Assembly: GCF_000020225.1 (NCBI RefSeq)
Contig: NC_010655.1
Coordinates: 1,590,001-1,622,000, forward strand
DNA: 32,000 bases
Source of the DNA: Akkermansia muciniphila ATCC BAA-835
GTDB lineage: Bacteria > Verrucomicrobiota > Verrucomicrobiia > Verrucomicrobiales > Akkermansiaceae
Reading direction: 5' to 3'
The notes beneath the pieces are model-generated. The model was not told the DNA's origin, ran no database searches, and saw only the letters and a list, made by a program, of their open reading frames with translations. A program made the position numbers and the translations under genes. Of the stretch, positions 9,129 through 18,166 are shown piece after piece; the first letter of the stretch is position 1, and each line of letters opens with the position of its first letter.

Positions 9129-9752
9129 TTACTTGCTGAGGTAGGAGGCCACGCCTTCGTGGGACGGGGTCATGGCCGCGTCTCCCTTGTGCCAGCCAAG
9201 AGGGCAGACTTCCCCGTACAGTTCGAAGTGCTGGAGGGCGTCAACCACGCGGATGGCTTCATCAATGGAGCGGCCCAGCGGGAAGTCGTTGATGAGCTGG
9301 TGGCGGACGATGCCGTCTTTGTCAATCAGGAAGAGGCCGCGGTAGGCGATCAGTTCCCCGTTGACTTCCACATTGCCGTCTTCGTCAATTTCCTCGTCTC
9401 CGGCCAGCACGCCGTAATCGGCGGAAATGGTCTTGTTGATGTCGGAAACGATGGGGTAGGTCACGCCCTGAATGCCGCCCTGGCTGCGGGGGGTGTTGAT
9501 CCAGGCCCAGTGGGAGAATTCGCTGTCTGTGGAGCAGCCGACGACGGCCACGTCACGCTTTTCGAATTCGCCCAGGGCTTCCTGGAAGCCGATCAGCTCG
9601 GTAGGGCACACGAAGGTGAAATCCTTCGGGTAGAAGAACAGGATCACGTACTTTTTGCCCTTAAACTGGTCAAGGCTGAAATCCGGTACGATGGTACCGT
9701 TTACTACTGCGTTAGCGCTGAAATGAGGTGCCGGTTTTCCTATGAGAAGCAT
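9129..9752 (-). CDS. ahpC: 2-Cys peroxiredoxin (AhpC/Tsa family)
   Basis: Contains ..KYVILFFYPKDFTFVCPTEL.. (peroxidatic Cys) and a C-terminal ..GEVCPLGW.. (resolving Cys). The start was moved to ATG 9752 (MLLIGKPAPHF) because the 21-aa upstream extension in the track does not look protein-like. Confidence 0.9.
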   Translation of the reverse strand: MLLIGKPAPHFSANAVVNGTIVPDFSLDQFKGKKYVILFFYPKDFTFVCPTELIGFQEALGEFEKRDVAVVGCSTDSEFSHWAWINTPRSQGGIQGVTYPIVSDINKTISADYGVLAGDEEIDEDGNVEVNGELIAYRGLFLIDKDGIVRHQLINDFPLGRSIDEAIRVVDALQHFELYGEVCPLGWHKGDAAMTPSHEGVASYLSK

Positions 9753-9886
9753 GGTTGTTTTTTGGTTTGGTTCTAAAAGAATGATTCCAAAAAACGGACG
9801 AAAGTCAAGCGGCAATGATATCCCGTTCGTTCCAAAAGAGCCTGTTTTCTCTTGAAAATGAAGCTTTTTTTGTCAGTATTCCCTCC

Positions 9887-11596
9887 ATGTCATCCTCAAA
9901 GGCGCAACAAGACGAGTGGTCCGGAAAAATTGGCGTGATTCTCGCTGTGGCCGGCAGTGCCGTCGGGCTGGGAAATTTTCTGCGCTTTCCGGGGCTGGCT
10001 GCCCAATATGGAGGGGGCGCCTTCATGGTGGCTTACGGCCTCATGCTGGTTCTGGTGGGCGTGCCCGTGGCGTGGGCGGAGTGGTCCATCGGGCGGCGCG
10101 GCGGCCAGATGGGCGCCCATTGCGCCCCCGGCGTGTTCTGGTACCTGACCAAAGGGTCCAGGCTGTGGAAGTTCCTGGGAGTGCTGGCGGTTCTGGGGCC
10201 TTCTTCCGTGGCCTTTTATTACATGGTGGTGGAAGCGTGGTGCTGCGGCTATTTCTGGAAGATGCTCACCTGCCCGGAGGTTTTTGCCACGGCGGAGGGG
10301 ACGGCGCAGACTTTTTTCAGTTTCACGGGCATGTACGGCGACGGGAGCGCCCTGTTGTCGGACAACGGGCTGCTCTGGATTGTCAGCGGGGTCATCCTTT
10401 TGAACCTGGGGATTATTTACCGGGGCATCAGCAAGGGCATCGAAATGTTTTCGCGCTGGTTCATGCCGTTGCTGCTTCTGATTTCCCTGGTGCTGCTGGT
10501 GCGCATTTTGTGCATCGGCACGCCGGACCCTTCTTATCCGGACCGCAGCATCGAACAGGGGCTGGGGTATATGTGGAATCCCGGCAAGGTGCTGGTGGAG
10601 GAGCTGGACCGGAACAGCGGGGACTGGAAGACGGTTTCCATGGTTTCGGCCTCCCAGGCGGGAGCCATGGATGAAGCCGTGCGGCAGGTGGAAATGTCCG
10701 GAGGAACCCGGAGGCTGACTGAGGTGACCCTGTGGGACGGCCTGAAAAACATTGAGCTTTGGATTGCGGCTGCCGGACAGGTTTTCCTGAGCCTTTCCGT
10801 AGGAACGGGGCTGATTCTGACGTATGCCAGCTATGTAAAAAAGAAGGAGGATATCGCGCTGAGCGGCTTTTCGGCCGCCGCCTCCAATGAAGTGTGCGAG
10901 GTGGGCATTGCCGGCATGATGACGGTTCCCGCCGCCGTGGCGTTCCTGGGAGTGGCCGGAGCCGCCGGGCAGGGGACCTTCGCGCTGGGCTTCATGGTGC
11001 TTCCGCAGGCTTTTGCCAAAATGGGGTCCAGCGTGGTATTCGGCAGCCTGTTTTTCCTGCTTCTGACGGTGGCGGCGGTGACCAGCTCCATTTCCATGAT
11101 GCAGGTGGGCCTGTCCTTTATTGAGGAATTCATGGGGCTGAAACGCAAAATGGCTGTGGTGGTGCAGGGCTTTTTTACGGCTACGGGCACGTTCATCGTT
11201 GCCTGGTACAGCGGCAACCTGCTGGCGATGGATACTTATGATTTCTTTCTGGGCACGCTGTGCTTCTTTGTGAGCGCCATGGTGATGATGATTCTGTTTT
11301 CCTGGAAACTGGGGGTGGACCGGGGGTTGAAGGATCTGGAGGACGGTTCCGTCATCCGCATTCCCAGAATTTACCGTTTCATCATGAAGTTTGTGACGCC
11401 TACGCTGCTGCTGGCGATTTTCCTGGCCTGGCTGGCGCAGAATATCTGGGTGAAGCAGGCCGCGCCCATTGAAGCTCTGGGGCGTGGGGAACATGGAGCG
11501 GTCATTCCCATGGGGTTTCTGGCGGCTTATGCCCTGTTCCTGATTTTCATCACCATGGCTTCCGGAAGGCATAAGGTGTACCACGGTCCGCGATAG
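9887..11596 (+). CDS. Sodium-dependent transporter, SNF (neurotransmitter:sodium symporter) family
   Basis: WSGKIGVILAVAGSAVGLGNFLRFPGLAAQYGGGAFMVAY is the NSS TM1 signature, and the rest of the protein is multi-TM. The start was moved to ATG 9887 (MSSSKAQQDEW). Confidence 0.9.
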   Translation: MSSSKAQQDEWSGKIGVILAVAGSAVGLGNFLRFPGLAAQYGGGAFMVAYGLMLVLVGVPVAWAEWSIGRRGGQMGAHCAPGVFWYLTKGSRLWKFLGVLAVLGPSSVAFYYMVVEAWCCGYFWKMLTCPEVFATAEGTAQTFFSFTGMYGDGSALLSDNGLLWIVSGVILLNLGIIYRGISKGIEMFSRWFMPLLLLISLVLLVRILCIGTPDPSYPDRSIEQGLGYMWNPGKVLVEELDRNSGDWKTVSMVSASQAGAMDEAVRQVEMSGGTRRLTEVTLWDGLKNIELWIAAAGQVFLSLSVGTGLILTYASYVKKKEDIALSGFSAAASNEVCEVGIAGMMTVPAAVAFLGVAGAAGQGTFALGFMVLPQAFAKMGSSVVFGSLFFLLLTVAAVTSSISMMQVGLSFIEEFMGLKRKMAVVVQGFFTATGTFIVAWYSGNLLAMDTYDFFLGTLCFFVSAMVMMILFSWKLGVDRGLKDLEDGSVIRIPRIYRFIMKFVTPTLLLAIFLAWLAQNIWVKQAAPIEALGRGEHGAVIPMGFLAAYALFLIFITMASGRHKVYHGPR

Positions 11597-11700
11597 GCGG
11601 GGAAGGCCTGCTGCGCGGATGCCCGTTCCCCGCAGTTTGCGGCAGGCCGGGAGGCAATCCGGAGGCTTGACCGAAGCCGGATTTGATATAGGCTGGCGTC

Positions 11701-13260
11701 ATGCCCAGAATAAGGAGGATACGCAGGAAAAAGCCCCGTGCCGGCAGCGTCTGGAAAAAGCTGCTGCTGTGGGGCGTGCTGGGGATGCTTGTTCTGGCGG
11801 CGGCTGCGGTGGCGGGATCCTATCTGTACGTCAGGGCCTATTTGAAGAGCGATGGTTTTTTAGCCATGCTGGAACAGTCCGCCGTTGATGATATGAATGT
11901 GGAGACCGCCAGGATAGACCCTCTTGACTGGGACGGTTCCGGCATCCGGTGCGGCGGCGTAACGATGGAGGGGCATGAGTTTTTGACTTCCCTTCAGGCC
12001 AGGAACATTGAGACGAAATTCAGCCGCTGGGAGTTGCTGAAGCGCGCGTTTGTCATTACCTCCGTCAATATTGCGGAGCTGAAGCTTCAGCTCGCTCCCG
12101 TGCCTTTCCGTTTCCGGGAAAAACCGAAAGGGGCCAGGAGCTGGGCGGAAGAGAATATTCTGCCGGATACGTTCCGCTTGGAAAAGGGGAGCATTGATTC
12201 CCTGTTCGTTTCCTATGGGGAGGCCGGCCGGCCGTATGTTTTGGACGGAACCCGCGTGGAGAGCACCTATGACGCCGGTTCCAGCCAGTACAGGTTTGAA
12301 ATGCAGGGGGGGAGGCTGCTCCTTCCTTTCAAGGGATGCCCGGAGTTTTCCCTGATGTCCGGCACGGCGCAGTTTAACCATGCCAGCAGGAGGGTGAACG
12401 TTCCGTCCTGCCGCCTGACTACGGCTGCCGGCGGTTATCTGGACATCAAGGGGGACTGGGACGGCTCTTCCTCCTCTTGGACGGCGAATATGGTGGTGAA
12501 CGGCGTCCCCGCCTCTTCCGTCCTGGAAGGCCATTGGAAAAAGCATGTCCAGGGCAGCGTAAGCGGCGGGATAGACCTGCGCGGCGGACGGGACGGCGTA
12601 ACCCATGTGGCCGGGCTCGCCAGGTTGCAGGGCGGCATGCTGACCGGCCTTCCCGTTCTGGACAGGCTGGCCCTGTTCTGCGGTTCTTCCAGATTCCGGA
12701 ATCTTCCCCTGCACGAGGCGTCCGCCCAGTTCTCCTATCAGGAATCCGCCTGGCATATTTCCAATATTCTGGTGGAAAGCGAAAACCTGGTGAGGGTGGA
12801 AGGCTGGCTGGAAATCGGGAAAGGGGGGGCGCTGACCGGAAGGCTGCAGGTGGGGCTGCGGGCCGACGGCCTGTGGAAAGCTCTTCCGGGGTTTTCCGAT
12901 GTGTTTTCCGTTTCCCGCCAGGGAGCGGGAGGCAATCTGGCGTGGGCCAATGTGAATATCGGCGGGACGCTGGACAACCCGTCGGAGGACTTGTCCGCGC
13001 GGCTCATCAAGGCGGCGGGAAACCGCCTGACGGAAATAGGAATGGGCAAGGCGGCTGAGGTGGCGGATGTCGCGGCGCGGCTGCTGAACAGAGGGGCCGG
13101 GGAAAACGGGGCGGGGGATGGTGCGGAACGTAATGGCCGCAAGTTCAGGATTCCCGCCGCGGACGAAGTACCCGTCCCGGTTGTGCCGCGGCTTCAGGAC
13201 GCTGCGGAAAAGGGGCTTAAAACCGGGAATGACCTGATGAACGAACTAATGAATTGGTAA
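11701..13260 (+). CDS. Hypothetical membrane-anchored protein (basic N-terminus + one TM, large periplasmic/extracellular part; possibly AsmA-like)
   Basis: MPRIRRIRRKKPRAGSVWKKLLLWGVLGMLVLAAAAVAG forms a signal anchor. Codon usage looks coding throughout, and I recognise no firm family motif. Confidence 0.55.
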   Translation: MPRIRRIRRKKPRAGSVWKKLLLWGVLGMLVLAAAAVAGSYLYVRAYLKSDGFLAMLEQSAVDDMNVETARIDPLDWDGSGIRCGGVTMEGHEFLTSLQARNIETKFSRWELLKRAFVITSVNIAELKLQLAPVPFRFREKPKGARSWAEENILPDTFRLEKGSIDSLFVSYGEAGRPYVLDGTRVESTYDAGSSQYRFEMQGGRLLLPFKGCPEFSLMSGTAQFNHASRRVNVPSCRLTTAAGGYLDIKGDWDGSSSSWTANMVVNGVPASSVLEGHWKKHVQGSVSGGIDLRGGRDGVTHVAGLARLQGGMLTGLPVLDRLALFCGSSRFRNLPLHEASAQFSYQESAWHISNILVESENLVRVEGWLEIGKGGALTGRLQVGLRADGLWKALPGFSDVFSVSRQGAGGNLAWANVNIGGTLDNPSEDLSARLIKAAGNRLTEIGMGKAAEVADVAARLLNRGAGENGAGDGAERNGRKFRIPAADEVPVPVVPRLQDAAEKGLKTGNDLMNELMNW

Positions 13261-13274
13261 CCCGTTTTTTTCAG

Positions 13275-13499
13275 ATGAAACCTTATCCCTGCCAGATGGT
13301 GCAGGCGGTCGCCGTTATTGTGGAGCGTATCGCGGATACGGCTTTCCGCGCCACCCTTCCGAATGGCAAAACCGCCGTGGCTTTTGTAGAAAAAAAGAAC
13401 GCTTCCCTGAGGGATCTGCTCAAACCGGGCGACCGGGTGAAGGTGACGATTTGCCCGGCGGATTTTGACCGCGCCCGTGTGGACGGACTGGCGGAATGA
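13275..13499 (+). CDS. IF-1-like S1/OB-fold small protein
   Basis: VIVERIADTAFRATLPNGKTAVAFVEKKNASLRDLLKPGDRVKVTICPADFDRARV aligns by eye with the E. coli IF-1 core ([55 protein letters not shown]). The start is ambiguous between 13275 and 13296. Confidence 0.55.
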   Translation: MKPYPCQMVQAVAVIVERIADTAFRATLPNGKTAVAFVEKKNASLRDLLKPGDRVKVTICPADFDRARVDGLAE

Positions 13500-13614
13500 G
13501 GCGGACGTTTTTTCCTTCATTATGGGGGGAAAGAGGCGTTTTGCCCGGTGCAGGAAAACCGCTGTAAAGACGGAACCGTCCCCATGCCGGGATGGATGCG
13601 GAAAGGGCTTTCCT

Positions 13615-14223
13615 TTACAGCCGGGTGCGTCCTTCCAGAGCCTTCATCAGCGTCAGCGTGTCCGCGTGGCTGAGGCCGGAGCCGGCAGGCAGCCCCTGGG
13701 CAGGGCGGGATATCCTGCAATCCATTTCTTTGAGCAGATGGTGGAGGTAGGTGGCCGTTGCCTCCCCTTCCACGTCAGAGCCTGTTGCCAGAATGACTTC
13801 GCAATCAGGCTGCCGGGAGACGCGTTCCACCAGGGATTGAATGTTGAGGTCTTCCGGCTCCACATCATCCAGAGGGGAAAGCTTGCCGCCCAGGCAGTGG
13901 TACAATCCGCGGTAGGCGCTGCTGCGTTCAATGGGGATGACGTCCGTGGCCTGTTCCACCACGCAGATGAGGCGGCTGTCCCGTTCTTCATCCCGGCAGG
14001 CGGCGCAGGGCTCCCCTTCCGTGCTGAAGAAGCCGCAGACGGGGCAGGGCGTAACGTGTTCCGCCGCCTGGCCGATGGTGCGGGCAATCGCCTCCGCTTC
14101 TCCCATGTGCCCCTGGAGCATCCACAGGGCCATGCGTTCCGCGCCGCGGGTGCCGATGCCCGGAAGCTGTTTCAGGGCGGTTACCAGTTCAAGCACGGGG
14201 ATGGGATAGTCCAGATTATTCAT
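13615..14223 (-). CDS. recR: Recombination protein RecR
   Basis: Contains LKQLPGIGTRGAERMALWML (HhH), a CPVCGFFSTEGEPCAAC zinc finger, and a Toprim region (VCVVEQATDVIPIE..). The start was moved to ATG 14223 (MNNLDYPIPV, 202 aa). Confidence 0.9.
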   Translation of the reverse strand: MNNLDYPIPVLELVTALKQLPGIGTRGAERMALWMLQGHMGEAEAIARTIGQAAEHVTPCPVCGFFSTEGEPCAACRDEERDSRLICVVEQATDVIPIERSSAYRGLYHCLGGKLSPLDDVEPEDLNIQSLVERVSRQPDCEVILATGSDVEGEATATYLHHLLKEMDCRISRPAQGLPAGSGLSHADTLTLMKALEGRTRL

Positions 14224-14665
14224 GAGCGGAAGGAGGTTCGGAATGACGCCGGACAGGGGGCGTTTGGGGCCAGAGGATGGCGAGCGCGCCCGCGCTCCCT
14301 GCGGAAAGCAGGCATGGGACGGCATTGAAGAAAAGGCCCCACAGCCCCAGCACCGGGGTAAAGCTGGCCAGAAGAAGGAGGAAAGCGGCCAGAACGGCCG
14401 TTTTGCGGAGCGTGCCGCGGATGAGCAGCAAATCGTAAACGAGGGCCAGCGTCAACGCCATGCACAGCAGGAATCCCGTGCCGGGAGAAAGGGCGGGGGC
14501 GTCCGGGGGAAGCAGAAACGGGGCGGAGGCCATGGCTTCCTTCAGCTCCCGGCCCCAGACGGGAGTAAGGCCCAGGTAATAGAGCGCCACGAGCAGGATA
14601 AGCCCGGCTACGGAGAACAGGGCCCAGCGCATGAGCAGAATGTCCTGGTGCGTTTTGGCGGGCAT
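14216..14665 (-). CDS. Small hypothetical integral membrane protein
   Basis: Three or four hydrophobic helices (ALFSVAGLILLVALYYLGL.., GFLLCMALTLALVYDLLLI, VLAAFLLLLASFTPVLGLWGLFF). It overlaps the recR start by 8 nt. ATG 14665 is preferred over the tracked start at 14713. Confidence 0.5.
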   Translation of the reverse strand: MPAKTHQDILLMRWALFSVAGLILLVALYYLGLTPVWGRELKEAMASAPFLLPPDAPALSPGTGFLLCMALTLALVYDLLLIRGTLRKTAVLAAFLLLLASFTPVLGLWGLFFNAVPCLLSAGSAGALAILWPQTPPVRRHSEPPSAHE

Positions 14666-14752
14666 GGCTTTTAAATGAAAAAAGCGGAAGCGCGATGGCT
14701 GCGGTGGCCGCAAACATCAGCGCTTCCGCCGGAAAGGAGAGGCCTGAAAGGG

Positions 14753-16000
14753 TCAGGCGAATCGTTTCACGATGACGGAGGAGTTATGCCCCCCGAAGCC
14801 GAAGGAATTGCTCAAGACGGCGTCCACCCTGGTTTCACGGGCCTTATTGGGCACGCAGTCCAGGTCGCATTCCGGATCCTGGTTGTCCACGTTGATGGTG
14901 GGCGGGATGATGTTGTCCTGCATGGCCATCAGGCAGGCGGCCAGTTCCACGCCTCCCGCGGCGCCCAGGAGGTGGCCGGTCATGGATTTGGTGGAGCTGA
15001 TAAGCAGCCCGTTTTTAGCGTGGTCGCCGAAAACGGCCTTGATGGCCTTGATTTCGCAGATGTCGCCCAGCGGGGTGGAGGTGCCGTGCGTGTTGACGTA
15101 GTCAATGTCTTCCGGCTTCATTCCCGCGTGTTCCAGAGCCATCTTCATGCAGCGGGCGGCGCCGCGGCCTTCCGGGTCCGGGGCGGTGAGGTGGTAGGCG
15201 TCCGCGGAGATGCCGTAGCCGACGAGTTCCCCGTAAATTTTTGCGCCGCGCTTCTGGGCGTGTTCCAGCGTTTCCAGAATGACAACGCCGGCGCCTTCGC
15301 CCATGACGAAGCCGTCGCGGTCCACGTCGTACGGGCGGGAGGCCCGCTGGGGCTCGTCATTGCGGGAGCTGAGGGCTTTCATGTTGCTGAACCCGGCCAC
15401 GCCCGTGGGCAGGATGGTAGCTTCCGCTCCGCCGCAGACCATGACGTCGGCATCCCCGAATTTCATGATGCGCCAGGCTTCCCCGATGTTGTGGTTGGAG
15501 GTGGCGCAGGCCGTGACGATGGACATGTTCGGACCGCCGAGGCCGTATTCCATGGAGATGAGGCCGGAGGCAATGTTGCTGATCATGTACGGGATCATGA
15601 AGGGGGACACGCGGGCAGGCCCCTTGGAAAGAAGCGTGGCATGCTGGCTTTCCAGCGTGCCGAGGCCGCCGATGCCGCTGCCCACCATGACGCCGATGCG
15701 GGTTTTGTCCTCCGCTTCCAGATCCAGCCCGGAATCCTTGAGAGCCATTCCGGCAGCGCCCATGGCAAAGTGCGTGAAGCGGTCCACGCGGCGGGCGTCC
15801 TTGGGCGTCTTGAAGTACGGGGCGGGATCGAAATCCTTGACTTCACCGGCGATTTTCGTGGAGTAGCCGGTAACATCCATGGATTTGATGGTGTCAATGC
15901 CGCTGCGGCCAGCCTTCATGGCTTCCCAGGTGGATGCGAGATCATTGCCCAGGGGGCTGATCACTCCGATGCCGGTGATAACAATTCTGCGGTCGGTCAT
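14753..16000 (-). CDS. fabF: Beta-ketoacyl-ACP synthase II
   Basis: RRIVITGIGVISPLGN.., the active-site ACATS, and ..NTHGTSTPLGD.., ..SNSFGFGGHN are canonical KAS II motifs. The start is at ATG 16000 (MTDRRIV). Confidence 0.95.
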   Translation of the reverse strand: MTDRRIVITGIGVISPLGNDLASTWEAMKAGRSGIDTIKSMDVTGYSTKIAGEVKDFDPAPYFKTPKDARRVDRFTHFAMGAAGMALKDSGLDLEAEDKTRIGVMVGSGIGGLGTLESQHATLLSKGPARVSPFMIPYMISNIASGLISMEYGLGGPNMSIVTACATSNHNIGEAWRIMKFGDADVMVCGGAEATILPTGVAGFSNMKALSSRNDEPQRASRPYDVDRDGFVMGEGAGVVILETLEHAQKRGAKIYGELVGYGISADAYHLTAPDPEGRGAARCMKMALEHAGMKPEDIDYVNTHGTSTPLGDICEIKAIKAVFGDHAKNGLLISSTKSMTGHLLGAAGGVELAACLMAMQDNIIPPTINVDNQDPECDLDCVPNKARETRVDAVLSNSFGFGGHNSSVIVKRFA

Positions 16001-16274
16001 AATAAGTGTGAGTGGTTGCAAATAATGCTTGAACCAGAATAGGCGACATTACGGGAAAGTCAAGCTAATCCCCCCTGTTTCCCGGCACGGGGGAAACAGG
16101 TTGGGCGGAAAGGCGTATCCTGCTTACGGCAAGGATTTTGCGGGTCAAGGATATTCCCTGTTGCCTGCTGAGGCTCCGGGGCCGTGAACGGATTTCAGGG
16201 TAAATTCCGCCGCGGCGGCCGCATCCGGCAGCGCATGGAAGGGCGGCCGGATATTTTTTTCCTGCCGCACGCCT

Positions 16275-16826
16275 TTAACGGGGGGCATCCGCCGCTATCG
16301 GAAGAGGGGCTGCCCGGAATTCCAGGGAAAGGGAATTGACGCAGTAGCGCAGATTCTTCGGAGTCAGGCGTTCTCCATTGAAAATGTGTCCCAGATGGCC
16401 TCCGCAGCGGGCGCAGGTGATTTCCGTGCGCCGCCCGCCGCCCGCATGGACGCTTGTGACGGCGTCCGGCAGGGAATCATCAAAACAGGGCCAGCCGCAT
16501 CCGGCATCGAATTTGTCTTCCGACCGGAACAGAGGCGCACCGCATTTGCGGCAGGAATAGATGCCCGGCTCAAAGAAGCTGACGAATTCCCCGGAAAAGG
16601 GCGGTTCCGTTCCCTGGTGTTCGATAATGCGTTTTTCCGTTTCCGTGAGGGGGCGGCGCGTGCGGGCAGGGCCGGGATCGGGTACGTCCCGGGAGGCGGG
16701 AATCCCTCCATTCACGGCCATGACTCCAGCCACGCCTTCCGCAATCATGCCTATCCATGACGCCCAGTGTCTCCGTTCTTCCTGATTCATATGGCTTATG
16801 ACCAGGTTGGAGCGGGTTTTGCTCAT
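16275..16826 (-). CDS. msrB: Peptide-methionine (R)-S-oxide reductase MsrB with an N-terminal extension
   Basis: GIYSCRKCGAPLFRSEDKFDAGCGWPCF...CARCGGHLGHIFNGE...RYCVNS is the MsrB Zn/catalytic pattern. The roughly 50-aa N-terminal extension has uncertain status (alternative start 16790). Confidence 0.85.
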   Translation of the reverse strand: MSKTRSNLVISHMNQEERRHWASWIGMIAEGVAGVMAVNGGIPASRDVPDPGPARTRRPLTETEKRIIEHQGTEPPFSGEFVSFFEPGIYSCRKCGAPLFRSEDKFDAGCGWPCFDDSLPDAVTSVHAGGGRRTEITCARCGGHLGHIFNGERLTPKNLRYCVNSLSLEFRAAPLPIAADAPR

Positions 16827-16900
16827 TCCTGAAACGATATCTTGTGGGTATTGCCGTTTTTAAGGGGAGAGTCCTGAAAATATGGCAGTCTATGGAAGAG

Positions 16901-17980
16901 TTAATACTCCAGCTCCAGCCAGAGCTGTTCCCAGATGCCCTGCCGCTGTTCTTCCTGGGGATGGGAGACGGACAGCCCCAGAAGGCGGAATGTACGGTCC
17001 CCGGAATCCAGTTCTTCCATCAGGGTGCGGGCCAGGGGGAGAATTCCTTCTTTCTCCGTCAGGATTTCCGGAACGGTCGCGCAGCGGGTCTTCTGGACAA
17101 AGTCCGGGAACTTAACCTTCAGGGTAAGGGTGTTTCCCCGGAAGCCGGAACGGGCCAGCCGCCCCGCGAGTTCTTCCGCCAGCAGGGGGAGGCGTTGTTC
17201 CAGCGCTTCCGCCCTGGTGACGTTTTCCCGGTAGGTTTCTTCACAACCCACGGATTTGCGCATGCGGGAAGGTTCCACAGGGCGGTCGTCCACACCGCGG
17301 GCGAAGTTGTAGAAGATGGCTCCTGTTTTGCCGAAATGCCTTACCAGGAAGTCTTTGTCCCGTGCCCGGAGCTGCGCCCCGTTGGTGATGGAAAGGGCGC
17401 GCATGCGTTCGGCGGTGGCGTGCCCGACTCCCCAGAAAGCTTCAATGGGAAGTGCCGCGATGAATTTTTCCGCCCGGGATGGATGGATCGTGAACAGCCC
17501 GTCCGGCTTACGGTAATCGGAAGCGATTTTTGCCAGGAATTTATTGTAGGAAACGCCGGCGGAGGCCGTCAGGTGAAGTTCCCGGCGGATTTCCTTCTTA
17601 ATCCTCCTCGCAATGTCGACGGCCAGCGGAATGCCCGGCTTGTTTTCCGTGACGTCCAGAAAGGCTTCATCCAGGGAAAGGGGTTCCACCAGATCTGTGT
17701 AACGGTGGAAAATGGCGTGTATCTGCGCGGAGACGGCCTTGTACACATCCATGCGGTTGCGGGTGAAAATCAGATGGGGGCAAAGCTTGAGAGCCTTCAT
17801 GGAAGGCATGGCGGAACGCACTCCGAAACGGCGCGCCTCATAACTGGCCGCCGCCACCACGCCGCGCATTTCCGGCCTGCCTACGGCGATGGGCTTGCCG
17901 CGGTATTCGGGATGGTCCCGCTGTTCTATGGATGCGTAAAAGGCATCCATATCCACATGGATGATTTTTCTCTGGTTCAT
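16901..17980 (-). CDS. dinB: DNA polymerase IV (Y-family)
   Basis: KIIHVDMDAFYASIEQRDHPEYRGKPIAVG.., ..SLDEAFLDVT.. and ..SAGVSYNKFLAKIASD.. are canonical DinB motifs. Confidence 0.95.
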   Translation of the reverse strand: MNQRKIIHVDMDAFYASIEQRDHPEYRGKPIAVGRPEMRGVVAAASYEARRFGVRSAMPSMKALKLCPHLIFTRNRMDVYKAVSAQIHAIFHRYTDLVEPLSLDEAFLDVTENKPGIPLAVDIARRIKKEIRRELHLTASAGVSYNKFLAKIASDYRKPDGLFTIHPSRAEKFIAALPIEAFWGVGHATAERMRALSITNGAQLRARDKDFLVRHFGKTGAIFYNFARGVDDRPVEPSRMRKSVGCEETYRENVTRAEALEQRLPLLAEELAGRLARSGFRGNTLTLKVKFPDFVQKTRCATVPEILTEKEGILPLARTLMEELDSGDRTFRLLGLSVSHPQEEQRQGIWEQLWLELEY

Positions 17981-18166
17981 GGGAGCGCTTCATGATTCCT
18001 GATGGGGCGGGAAACATGAGGGAATGGGATGCCCCATCATAATCCGACTTATCCTGCAAGTCCAGTTGGAAGGAAAAGCTCCGGCAGGGAGATGAAAGAA
18101 AGGCGGATTTTTGGGGAACGGGACGATTTAAGTGAAAAAATCTTCCGGGTATGGTAAATTCCGGGC

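Noticed and set aside
14220-14717. An alternative-frame 165-aa ORF overlapping the small membrane protein gene.
   Set aside because: Its translation is Arg/Pro/Gly-rich with no hydrophobic periodicity, whereas the 14216..14665 frame gives clean TM helices. Only one frame can be real.
16001-16274. An expected acpP immediately upstream of fabF.
   Set aside because: No ORF of ACP size exists on either strand in this 274-nt gap. It contains only a 10-bp hairpin (16074-16100), probably the 3' structure of msrB, so acpP must lie elsewhere.
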